Shown: positions 1 to 11,700 of the stretch, piece by piece
Position numbering within the stretch: the first letter of the stretch is position 1
How the letters are laid out: each line of letters starts with the position of its first letter
NCBI GenBank assembly: GCA_030704615.1
Contig: CM060731.1
Location: 85,188,001 to 85,252,000, forward strand
Source: Takakia lepidozioides
Taxonomy: Eukaryota; Plantae; Bryophyta
DNA length: 64,000 nt
Direction of reading: 5' to 3'
Translations under genes and position numbers: made by a program
The notes under the pieces: generated by a model
What the model saw: only the letters and a program-made list of their open reading frames with translations
Databases searched by the model: none
Told to the model about the DNA's origin: nothing

Positions 1-1820
1 GAGAACATCTCCTCTTTCAATTGCCTCAATCCTAGACTCCTTCAAACTCAAACATCGCACAGACAAGGATGCCACTTTGGTCCTGGCCTCCCACAATTTG
101 AACCTCAACTGTCTCAACTCCTGTCTGTTTTTGTAAACTTGTTTGACAATCTCGACATTTCCAAGATATGACAACCTTCTTCCCTTGCCAGTATCTCTCT
201 CCCCTCTACATTCCATGGCACCTCTTTCTCTATATACCCTCATTCTGAAGTCATTTTCCAAGGAATGGAAGAACATGCTGAATATCTCAAGTTTGGAAAT
301 GGCTCCCCATCCAATGACACTCTAAAACAATCCGCGTGCCGAAACGTACCAACAACCTTATGCTCTTGATTGGTTAGAGTGATGGTTGCATTTGTCAACG
401 GCTTGACATACCACTTCTTTCCTCCCTTGCTATCTTGAAGGAATGGTTTCAGACTTATTCTGTGCTGGTTGTACTCCCACCATTCACCCCATAGGCCCCA
501 ACACAAACTGTCTCTTCCTTTGTTGCATTGGGACCTTTGCTGTAATTGTCAATCCTCGATCAGATCTGCCCGTTGGGTAGCGTCAACACAAGTGTATGGA
601 GTTTGTGACGAGGATGCTCCCATTGTTGATGCCACAATTGGATTGTCAAGTGGTGGGGACGGCAACACAGGTTGACTGACCAAGAAAGAGCTTAGATCCC
701 GTTGCTTTACATCTTTGGCAATCATAGGCTTTGGAGGCCTTCCTCTCTTTTTGCAAGGTCCTTCACTACTTCCAACCTTCTGGCAAATCTCTGCATCGAC
801 ATGAGTTTTTCCTTTCACATGCTCTGTCAAAGAAGATTGCAAAGAACCTGTCCTTGGAAACAAGAGTAGCCACTTCGAATCAAGTGGGCACCTAATCCTT
901 ATGGAACCCAACTGCGAATAGTCTCCAATTGTGGCTTCCACAATCTCAAATCTGTTTCCAGGATTGTCCTCACAAAACCGAGCGACTTCCTCTAATGCCT
1001 CCTTCACCCTGTTCTTCTTTGCATCTAATGCTTCATCTGCATTTACAGGGCTGATGACACATTGTGATGAACCCTTCCCATGACGCCTCTCATAGGCTAT
1101 GCGATGCCCCTCACTCCTCAAATGAGATCTCATAAAGTTTGCACATGCATCATATGGTTTGTTTTTCCCATACCGTGCATAAACATCCTCACACTCAACA
1201 CACCATATGTGGAACATTGCTTGTCCTTGTTGATCCTTTGTCATCAGCTCAAACTTGTCACATCGTCCTTCTGCAGAGATTTTCCTTTCAACGGCTCTAA
1301 TCTCTTTCTGCCATTTTTGAATATCGTTGGATGTAGCCAATGTGCTGCACAATCTACCAGATCTCTGCTGAAGTGCATGCTCATGTGCATGGTCTTCATT
1401 TCCACCATCGCCAGCAAAGGGTGTATCAGGGTCTATCCTCATCTTGATAGACACTGGTGCCGGGCCCTCGCCTGGTCTGTCCTCATGCAAGATCGTAGAA
1501 CCACTGGAAGATAGAGGTCTTTTCAATCCTTGGTCCCCATCATTTTGGTCTGAAATCTTAATGTGTACAGTATCCCCTTTCAGAACCATCCTCTCTTCTT
1601 GTTTGGCTGAAAGGACACTACCCCCCATGGAAATGAAATGAAATTTTGCTGAGACAAGCTCATCACCTATAATTTCTGCTCGGATGCATTTGTATGTGAC
1701 ACCTTGCATAGTGAACACAGAACCAAGCCTGTTTGGTGATGCATCTCCTCCAACAAGCAGGACTTTTACTTCCAACTCTTCTTCCATGATGAGTTCACCT
1801 GCAAAATGCAATGAAAACAT
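1..1820 (-). pseudogene. Degenerate long ORF with two C2H2-like zinc-finger motifs, probably a DNA-transposon protein; runs off the left edge
   Basis: ORF 549-1820 (CVEC...H.RSEGH; RCPLD...EHVKGKTH) continues in frame through one TGA (549-551) into ORF 240-506. After a frameshift near 260 it stays open to base 1 (LENDFRMRVYRE...AIERGDVL). Confidence 0.55.
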
Positions 1821-2448
1821 TTCAAATCAGACCTTGATAGACCAATAACAAAGCACCCGGGTTGGAAGGTTCCAAAGTCCTGTTTTATACAACCCTATAG
1901 GCTGTCCAAGCAGGGACTACGTTGATAAGAGGATGAAATGTATACAGAAGCAAGTACCTGATTGATGAGTTTGACGTTGCTAATTTTTGCTGCTGCTATT
2001 GACCAAATGCTGCTACTTCCACTGCTGGTAGCCCTCTTGGGTGATCCTGAACCCACAGTCCATCCTTGCATCAGCGGCTAGCCTCCCTCCACACTAACAT
2101 ATTTAAATACAAAGTTCTGTCAAACTCCCTACGATGTTGCATGAAGAAAGCTCACCTTGTTGACAATATTGTCCCACCGCCGTGGATCAAATTTATAGAA
2201 CTCCTGCCAGCGCTGTTCCTTGCTCCAAATCTGGCCCTCTTGGATGATTTTGCACCCACGATCCTCTTCCTGCATCAACAGCTACCCCTCCCTCCACACT
2301 AACAATGCGTACATCATGCCTCTGCAGCTACTACTGTGGCTTCCAGTTGACCATCTACCCATGCAGGTTTCTTGTAGCTATCCTTCCACATGGAATCATA
2401 GATAATCTGGAGCTTGGAATCCGCCATCTGGAAATTTAGGGACGACTC

Positions 2449-2915
2449 TGATAACAGGGAAAAACAGGCTGAAATGTGTTGAAGAAGGTACCTTCATTAG
2501 CAGTCCCTTGTTCTATCTATTGCGCTGCTGCCGCTGCTATTTCCAGTTGACCATCTACTCACATTGTCCCACCACTGACTGGGGTCAGAAAAATATTAAT
2601 TCATTTTTATCTTTTTTTAGGTACTGTCATGCTACCACCTCGGCAGTAACTTGCAAAGTCACTCCAGAGCACCGCAGATCCACCCAACGAGCTAACTTAC
2701 TAAATTCAATACATATGCTTCAGGGCTGAGTCTGATGAGAGGGAAAAACAGGCTGAAACAGGTCAAACCAGAAGGTGCCCTTAGGCTGAAATACGTTGAA
2801 GAAGGTACCTTTCATCAGCAGTGCCTTGCTCTATCAATTGCGCTGTTGCCGCTGCTGTTTCCAGTTGACCATCCACCCACATTGTCCCACCATTGACTGG
2901 GGTCAGAAAAGTGTC
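2449..2915. repeat. Local direct duplication (~150-bp units at ~2449-2595 and ~2730-2912)
   Basis: Both units share gggaaaaacaggctgaaa...gaagaaggtacc...ttccagttgaccatc...tgactggggtcagaaaa. Confidence 0.6.
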
Positions 2916-2954
2916 TCATTCCAAAGCTTCTCTTCATCTCTGTGGTGCTATTGT

Positions 2955-3578
2955 AGGGTGACTTCAATGCCCAAGTGGGCAAAGGGCTCCATCAGGATGA
3001 CATCATTGGGTCTTCTGGTGAGGACGAGCTGAATTCTAATGGCAGACGGTTAATTAACTGTCTAGAAGAGCTTCAGCTTTTGACCTTGATTAACAAGACA
3101 AGAGGTGACCAAGTGCAGTGGACTCGTGAGAAATCCCAAACTGGGGAACGTTCCATTGTGGACTATATCATAATGGACAAAAATTTGTTCCCCCAGTGTG
3201 CCAATGTGTTGATCGACAGAACTGATATTGGTACCTCTGACCACTTCCTGGACTGAGATCAAAAGGTGTTTTCCCAAGGCTAGAGTAGAAGAGATTCTCA
3301 AGGACCTGGACCTGGATCCGCAAGTCTTGACCCTGCACCCTAAATCCAACTTAGAGGCTGTAGTGTCCAAAGCCATGTCTATTGCCATGAGATTGTCTGA
3401 TGAAAATGAAGTTAGGCAGAAAACTTCCCTGAACTTGTTTCTAGTCAGTGACATGGGGGAGGACATCTTGGATGACCTCAAGGGTCCACCCACTCTCGGC
3501 ACTAGACTGAAATTTAAACTCAGGGAAGGAAGCCTACCTTTGAACATCAAACAGAAGCAGAGAGGAAAGGGGGAGTGC
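2955..3578 (+). mobile_element. LINE-A fragment with internal deletion (EN joined to C-terminus)
   Basis: GDFNA...SIVDY...TSDH is fused at ~3275-3281 to RVEEILKDL...LKFKLR. Confidence 0.85.
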
Positions 3579-3761
3579 ACTCTCCTAAGTGAACCTGCAT
3601 CATTCAGTTAGCAAGCAAGTGTCTGAAAAATTGATCCATTTGAAGACACCACGGTGCATGTTAGGAGGCAGTCTGGGATTTAGGCATTTTTATGGGTTCT
3701 GTGGAGTCTGGGACTTAGACATTTCTATGGGTTCTGAGGGGTACCCTTAATTTTTTGAGAT

Positions 3762-4035
3762 AGCCCGTCACAGCCAGTCACAGCCCGACACAGTCACAGC
3801 CCGTCACAGCCATACACAGCCCGGCACAGCCAGTCACAGCCCGACACAGTCACAGCCCGGCACAGCCAGTCACAGCCCGACACAGTCACAGCCCGTCACA
3901 GCCATACACAGCCCAGCACAACCAGTCACAGCCTGACACAGTCACAGCCCGTCACAGCCATACACAGCCAGTCACAGCCCGAAACAGCCGTCACAGTCTG
4001 ACACAGTCGCACAGTCAGTCACAGCTGTCACAGTC
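3762..4035. repeat. Minisatellite of ~10-bp CACAGCC-containing units inside the putative LTR
   Basis: cacagccagt / cacagcccga / cacagt units repeated about 25 times. Confidence 0.9.
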
Positions 4036-4794
4036 GTAGGGAACGGTTATCATGACAGGGAACGACTGTGGGGAACAACATCTGCCGGGGAACATGTAAT
4101 TCACGGAGGACGGTTAGTGAAGGAAAACGGTTAGAATAGGGGGGAAGGAGATAAAGCGGGCAGCGGAGACGGGAGGGGACTTTTTTGAGGATGGAGATCA
4201 CTGCTGGGGGACTTTAGCCACGGAGATCACTCCTGGGAAAGGACTAAGATCGAAGGAAGGGAAGCTGGCGAGGAGGAAGGAGATACTATAGGACAGAGTT
4301 AGTACGAGATGAAGGATTACTTAGAGGGATAGATTAGAGAAGTTAGGACATCAGCATGTATCCGATTATGATTAATCTGATTCTCATCCGATACAAACAC
4401 CTTGTGTTGAGAGACTTGAGTGAAGCTGTGTATGAATGAAATCAGGGGGCCCAAGAAGCAATCTGACGCTTAAAAAGATACCTGGTCATGATAAACAGGG
4501 AATATAAACTGATAAGGAATATAATTGGAAACCCAACAATGATTCACTAGCTGCAGGTCATGACTGATTGTTTCACGCGGGCTGAATGCTTAGAGATATC
4601 CAACTCTTCTATCTTGGAGTTTCCCCCTCGGATAGCGAAGGGATGGGTGAGTAAAAGCCGTGTGACATTTGGCGACCATACTGGGGAACTGAGTCATGAA
4701 CAACCAGATGTGACAGCATCTGGTGGGATCATGGTGGTTGGAGGATTAAAGAATTTGAAGTGAATCAAATTCCCTGTGGAACGAAGAAGAAAGA

Positions 4795-5253
4795 TTGTCC
4801 AAACAATTCTTTCAAAGGTTCTTGGAATTGCCAGACGGTTGTAAAGAAAATATTCTTAAGCGAGTGCATGATGCTGATCCGGAATGGGGTCTGGAGAAAG
4901 GAGTGATAAAGATTTATCAGGTAGCCTGTAGAGGAAGAGCACGGTGGTTACCAACATTGGTTTATGTGATAGCCTTACTATCTATTAAGCGGGTAGAGTT
5001 TGAAAGCTGGGAGGAAAGGAAAGTGAATGTTTACACTCATATGCATGAGGAGCTTGTATTGGTAAGGAATTGGATTCCAAAGGATATCTTGTGGATCAAA
5101 CTTACACCAAAAACAGCTTTTCAGACTTGTTTACCATATGGTTATATGGTAACGGAGACTTCCAGTATAGCCAGAGGTACATTGAAGCTGGAAAGAAACC
5201 CAGGCATATATGAGAGATACTACAGGAGAGAATTTTGGTTGTTGCCACACTAA
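4795..5253 (+). CDS. Additional ORF of unknown function between PBS and gag
   Basis: 152-codon open frame with a non-ATG start; position resembles the extra 5' ORF of Ogre/Tat-type elements. Confidence 0.4.
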   Translation: MSKQFFQRFLELPDGCKENILKRVHDADPEWGLEKGVIKIYQVACRGRARWLPTLVYVIALLSIKRVEFESWEERKVNVYTHMHEELVLVRNWIPKDILWIKLTPKTAFQTCLPYGYMVTETSSIARGTLKLERNPGIYERYYRREFWLLPH

Positions 5254-5274
5254 AAGAAATGAAAGATATGGGAC

Positions 5275-6490
5275 ATGAGTGATGAAAGAGAAGCTAGACT
5301 CCAAAGATATTCAGCAAAAAGAGAAAGTTATCTGAAAGCTCATTATCCATACCTGTGGGAGAGAGGAATAGACATTGGGGAATCATCTGGACCTCTCACA
5401 CCATTGAGATCAGGGAGTACATCACCTATACCAGAGGAGCTAGAGTTGGATACCACACCTTCTTTTTCTTTGCAAGAAAGATTAAGGGACTTGGCAGAGG
5501 AAGAAGATCAACCACGAGATGAAAGATCTGAGGTACATCCCTGGATAAAAGATTTGGCAGAAATCTTTGATAAGAGTTGGCATGGAACACCAAGAGCAGG
5601 AACTCCAGTTTCGGGAGCAGAAGATGAGGATGCAGAACCGGCGGAGAGTTCAAACTCTCCAACATTATTACAAAATAGTTACATGAATGTATGAAGAAGT
5701 AGACCCAGCAGCTGAGGTTGAGACTACAACCAGGACATCCCAACCCGTTGGACCTGGATCAAGTGGAGCACTTGGATCACATGCTAACGAAAGTGTCGGC
5801 TCAGAGGGATCAGGCGAAAGACCTGGATCTGGCTCTGGGGGGACAGGGAGTGTGGAAAGTAATGCAACTGAGGCTGGGAATACTGTGAATATAGAAAGGC
5901 CATGAGCAGGAAGGGTTCAGGGGCCAGTAATTGGTGGAAGAACCACCACAAATACTACAGGTCCACAGGGACCAGCATCAGCCAAAAGGCCAACAACTGT
6001 CAGGGGGCAGGGTGTAGGGTCGCAGATGGCGTTACAACCAACACGGGCTAAACCACCTTTTCCGATATATTCAGGGAAAGGGGATCCTGATGTACACATT
6101 AGCCAATTTGAGCACATGTATATAGTGAACAATGAGAATGGCGATGATGCCAAGATGAGATTATTTCCGTGTTCACTTATCAAGAAAGCCAGTGAATGGT
6201 ATGCAAGATTCCCTGATAATCATTTCCTAACCTGGAATGGCTTGAGTACAGCGTTCCGAAATAGGTTCAAGACCAGTAAAACTGAGGATGAAGTGTATGG
6301 GAGTTTACAGCAGCTGAAGCAGAAGAAGCATGAAACTGTTGAAGAGTATATGGAGAAAATGGAGTTGATGATGAAAAAGTTGGCTGCTATACCAGCACCA
6401 GGATTGCAGAAGGCTTGGTTTGTGAATGGACTAAGGCCAGAGTTTGATGTGTTGCAGTTTTTTCGGAAATGGGAGTCCATATTTACATAG
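5275..6490 (+). pseudogene. gag: Degenerate gag
   Basis: ORF 5275-5694 frameshifts into ORF 5687-5905, which is in frame with ORF 6026-6490 across one TGA; motifs YSGKGDPDVHISQF, LFPCSL..ASEWY, LKQKKHETVEEY. Confidence 0.7.
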
Positions 6491-6625
6491 AATCAACACC
6501 ACCTGCGCAATAATGAAATGCAGCCTTATTAAAAAAAAGGTTAACCAAGACACTATTTCCAATTCTTGACCCTCCCTTAATAGCATTAATACTGCTTTTA
6601 TCACCAGTAGTGTAATTTCATCATC

Positions 6626-8754
6626 TTACTTCTTCTGCAAATAGGCCTGAAGATACTGATCGGCCAGCTTCCTCACTTTGCTTCCTTCAACAATCAGAAA
6701 GTCAGCTGAGCTAGCTTGCCCATGATGCTGCATAACTTTTGTTGCTGTTTTGAAGACAGCCCATCGAAACTGTTCTGCCTTGATTACTCCACTTTTGTAC
6801 AAAGGTTTCAAATGTTCCTTCACGTAGGTTTCCACCTGCCAAAACAAATCCAACACCAGTCATACACTTTCACAATGATATGCACATACACCTAGAGGAG
6901 GAGAATTAAGGTACCTGTCTCCAAATTGACTGCCTAAAGGCAGCAACCTCAGATCCATCTGAGGTAGTAGTCTTCAGCTTTTTGTCATCAAACTGTGAAA
7001 GAAGCGTGGAGTTCATTTTCAGAACATTGTCCCTCATCTTCTCAATGCGGCTGTCCAGGTCAGGAAACTTTCCTGCCTTCATCCAATCATCCTCCTCAGA
7101 TTCGTCAGCTGGGCAGTCTTCCACACGCCTAACCCTTTTATCCTTCCTTTTGGCTTCTTTGCACTCCTTAGAGCTGCAATATGGAACTCTCACCGTGGAG
7201 TCATCACCATGGGCTTGACCTCCAATACCTGTACATGCAGTCTTGATGGAAACTCTCCCTAATGGTCCTGCTATTGACGTTGCTTGCTTCGTCTCTTGGT
7301 CTTGAATCATGCATGCAGCTTGAGTGCCATTTGTATCACGATCTCGAGACTCTCCTACAGCACAACCTAAATTCTGTGTGTTGGTGTTCCTTGAGACAGT
7401 CGAGCAGCCACTAACAGAAAAGTCCTGTTCCAAATGGCCAGCTACGGATACAGAACAAGAAGTAATGTCAGGAGCTGGGAGCTCAACACATGCATGCCCT
7501 GCTGCATACTGTCCAGACCGATGGGGAAGGGGCACCAAGGTCTCTTGGAGCTCCAAATTGATACTTCTTTGAGTCAAATCGGTTATAATGTCTGTGCTTG
7601 ACGGGCTGTCCACCAGACTGGGCATTGAATCAGTCCTCTCTGTGGTTTCAGACGGATAATCTGCACGGCAAACACCATAATTCACTGGCGCACAAATATT
7701 AATACAGCATAAACTCACTTGCCAAAACAGATTCAAAGTTTGTCAAACTGAGCTATACAGATGTGCAGAGGTCATTCACACTTCAAAAACACATCCAATT
7801 GGTAAGCTAAATCTTAATGAAGTCCAAAAAGCTTTCTAAGAGGAAGCCACACACACTCCGCAATGAAGGCCATCACTGGCTGCAGCCAATGCTTTTCAGA
7901 TGTACAGTCATCCCTCTCCTACTGATGTAGACACCATGCTATCCCTCTCGTCCATACAAACTTCTGGTCAACCTATTCAAAGACAACTTGATTACAAGTT
8001 CCAGGAGCTTAGAAAATCCAAAGTATAGTTAGATTTATCCCTTCAAAGGTGACAGAGGGTCTGCACCTAATTTTGTGGTAGCCTCTGTAGAATTGTTGTC
8101 TCCTTCCACTTGGCTCCCCAAAGGCAGGGCTTTCTTTACTGTTGTGAGCACAACTCTCATCTTTGTGGAGGATGATTCCAGCAATGGAGAAGATAATACA
8201 GGAGCAAACTGCCTAGAACTAACACCAACACTAAGCAAATGGGGAGGTTCCAATTCTTCAAATTCGAAATCCAAATCCTTATAGAGATCAGGAGCCTCTC
8301 CTAGCTCATCATTTGTTATATTAGTAGAAATGGCATTCGGTAGCCTGTTGTGGCTGAGACTTTCAGATGGAGAATCCACCTGCTTCGCATTTAAGATATC
8401 AGAGGTGGTGGGATATGAAACATTGCTAGAACTGAATTCAGGAGGGGTATCTTGGCTCGGACTTCCGGGGGGCGAATCAGAGATAAGTCCAGTTGCTCGC
8501 AGAGCTTGCAAGACACAAAGGTCCTCTTCCAACTTTCGTTTTTGGGGAGAAGTAACTTGAAGGTGGACATCGTCCTGCTGAGCCAAGGCCCTCACACAAA
8601 GATTCACATAGACACCTTTACTGTTTGACTTCTGATAAATCTCTTGCTCCTTGGCAACTGCTGTTGAAATGATGGACTCAAATTTGCATCCTTCTTGAAA
8701 ATGGGCAGGTTTGGCCTTCCTTAGACATTGCTCTAAAATTCGATTCAACTGCAC
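6626..8754 (-). CDS. C-terminal host exons (three exons)
   Basis: ORFs 8035-8790, 6906-7736 and 6626-6856; conserved C-terminal helical domain; stop at 6626-6628. Confidence 0.8.
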
Positions 8755-11700
8755 CTGTTGCCATCCAAAAAACATTTGCACACTGAGCAATTATCTCTCT
8801 CTCTCTCTCTCTCTGGATCTGATTAATTCTTTATATGGAGGTAAGTCTTACTACCAACGTCAGCCCCTGACAGAGGTAGGTTCTGTCCCTTTTGTTCCCG
8901 CTCAAACTGGGCGCGGGGTCAATGGCCACAAGGCTACGGCAAACAACGTCTTATGAGTACAATCTCTGGATCTGACCTGGAGGGGGTTGTGTCCAAATCC
9001 ATGTCTGAAGACTGTCCGATGAAAATGAAGTTAAGCATAAAACTTCCGTGAACTTGTTTCCAGTCTGTGACAAGGGCGAGGATCTTAAGGATGATTTCAA
9101 TGGCCTACCTACCCTCGGTATAAGACTGAAATCTAAACTCAGGGTGCCGAGGCTCACAATAAACAGATGCAGAGAGGAAGAGAAAATTGTAATTGCCCGA
9201 TGTGCGGGGAGCCTGAAGATGAAATTCATTTTCTCATACATTGTCCGCGATATTCTCACCAGGGAGTGACCCTCTTCAGGACCATCAAGAACGTTGTCCC
9301 TGCACTACCAACTTTCAAAATCTTGATGCTGAGCCTAAAGCCCTGGCCCTGTTGGGTCTAACTGCTGGGTGGCTCACACACAGCAAGTTGATGCTTGTGT
9401 GAAAGGCTTTCTAGAAGATATCTAAAAAAACCCAAACTAGTTGTCTTTATCAAGGTTAAGTCACACTACCAGAGTGAGCCCCTCACAAAGGTAGTATCTG
9501 TTCCCTTTTGTTCCACCAAACTGGGCACAGGGTCTATGGCCACAAGGCTTTGGCGAACAATGTCTTAGGAGTACATTCTCTCTCTTTCTCTAGAGTCCAT
9601 GCAGAATGAATTAAACAAGCACTCCTCCTTCAGTCTCTGGGTAAGATGTAAAAATTAGATAGAAGTGAAGAGGGGTGGACCACAATGTCGAGGACCACAC
9701 TTTCAAGACTGCAGATTCCGCAAGTCACCGGTGGGCCATTCCATTGAGGCTCCAATAGCCCAATCCCAGCAGAGCCATGTTACAGTCTTCACTACAAGGC
9801 AGGGAAACACTTTTGCTTCTTCTGTATTTAACCGGTGATCTCCCCAAATAGGAAGGCAACTGTCTGTTTCTGATGCTGCTATTTGACCTAGAAAACAACA
9901 CTGGTTCCCAGTGCTTAAAGCACATACCTGTCGGACTGCCATTGGCACTCTGCTGCGGCGATCAGGTGGCAGTGTTGGCCTCATCTTCTCTGGAATCTGT
10001 AACTGGTATCACCCATGAGTGCAGACTGTGTCAACGCAATTCCAATTACGAATAGCCAGAAAACTGGTCCCCTGGCAGGCTTCCCTCTCATATTTGGTTG
10101 ACCCTTTACGGACTAGACACCAACCATTATCATCTCTCGTTCCCGTTTTCAATTACTAGCCTTATAGAGAACCCAATGCTTAACGGGACCTGGACACTTA
10201 ATATCTGCCCTGGAATTTGTAACTTTCTAATTAAGAATTGCAGACCATTCAACTCCCAAAACACATGCAAGTATCAACAAAACATGGACACTGAAACCCT
10301 GTCAAGGCATGTCATGCAACGAGAGAAACAGCATCTGATGCAACAGAATCACAACCACACGCAATTAGCAGGAATGCAGACAAGTTACAGGAGAAATTGA
10401 CATCTAGTGACAATGACATGCCATAGACTCCAGACCCTACTTATCAACCTGTTGTTGTTATCTATATACTTCTTGATAGCTAGCATATTCAATTAGAAAT
10501 ATTGTGGCCACAGTCAAAGGTTATGTCACCAGGAGGGAAGAGTCGTTCTTGTTGCCAGCAACTTCAGTGCATGATGCCACCATTGTATGGCAAGACTTCC
10601 TGGCTAAAAGCTCAAGAGCCCACTGCCGTTTATCCTTGTTTCCATCCCTTGGTTGGCAAGAACAAGGTTCAGTCAATTGCATACCCGTCCTGGATTGTCC
10701 AATTGAAGGCCTGGAAAGCAAAGTGGGACAACCCTTGACAGGAGATATCTGTGATGAGATATCCATGAGCCCAATGGCATTGGCGGCAGCTCCCAGGACA
10801 CTACCACCAACGCCTGGTTTTGATGGTGCTGGCAAAGATCCTGTTTCATCTGTACCCAATGTTTTTAACAGTTTCCTGAGACAAGCTTCTTCTCGCTTGG
10901 GAATGGTGACAGGCATTGGTCCTGAACGGTTGTCTGTGATAGACCCACCAGTACATATTTGACAATCCACCAAACATACTTCACTTTGCACCTTACCTGC
11001 AACTTACCACATAAGTTAGTCTTAGCATCTAGCCAAGGGAATGACAAGTTTGTAGCAACCATTTACAAACCATTCCAGCCCCTTCGACATTGCTAGTTGT
11101 CAACAAAATTCCTAATAGGAAAGACCTATATTGTCTACTGAAGGAAATCTTCAACGGATCCACATTACAGCCACTGCTGATATAAGCCCAGGCTCACATA
11201 GAGAACCTTTGACTCAATCCACAGTGCGTACCTTTCTCACAAGTCGAAGGTGTGGGCTTGTCCTCTCCTCTGGCATCCAAGTGTGCGGAAAGGGGCTTGA
11301 TGTCCTTGTCACGGGGGAACAACGATGTGTCAGCCACGTAAAGCCTGGTCAATATGGAGTCACCACTGTCACAGTCTTGTACGGCCAAATGCAGTAAACT
11401 TGCTACATCCTCACTTTTCAATATGCTGCCATCTCCCACAATCTCCATTCCACTCCCCTCCCCCTTGCCCTCGACCATGCCTGTGGCCTCTTTTCTAGCT
11501 TTCTTAAATCGTGCTGAATGCTCCTTCCAAAAAGAAATGTCCCAATCTCGGTCCCAGGTTCGCCGAGCCGCCCCACCTGCATATAGCTTCTTTGTCAAAC
11601 TCTCTCGCACCCGTCCCCCTTTGCCACTTGTTGCCTGGTCCAACACCTTGGCAAGCCATGGTTGCTGGCGCCGTTTCAGTGCCTGACCCTTTGCCTGCCG

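Larger units (their letters stand above)
3659..6450 (+). mobile_element. 3'-truncated Ty3/Gypsy LTR retrotransposon (5' LTR, PBS, extra ORF, degenerate gag)
   Basis: TG (3659, tentative)...ACA (4667), then PBS TGGCGACCATACTGGGGA (4670-4687); retrotransposon gag domain at 6026-6450; no pol or 3' LTR seen. Confidence 0.75.

Noticed and set aside
3762-4035. CRISPR-like array
   Set aside because: No unique spacers; simple minisatellite in a eukaryotic LTR
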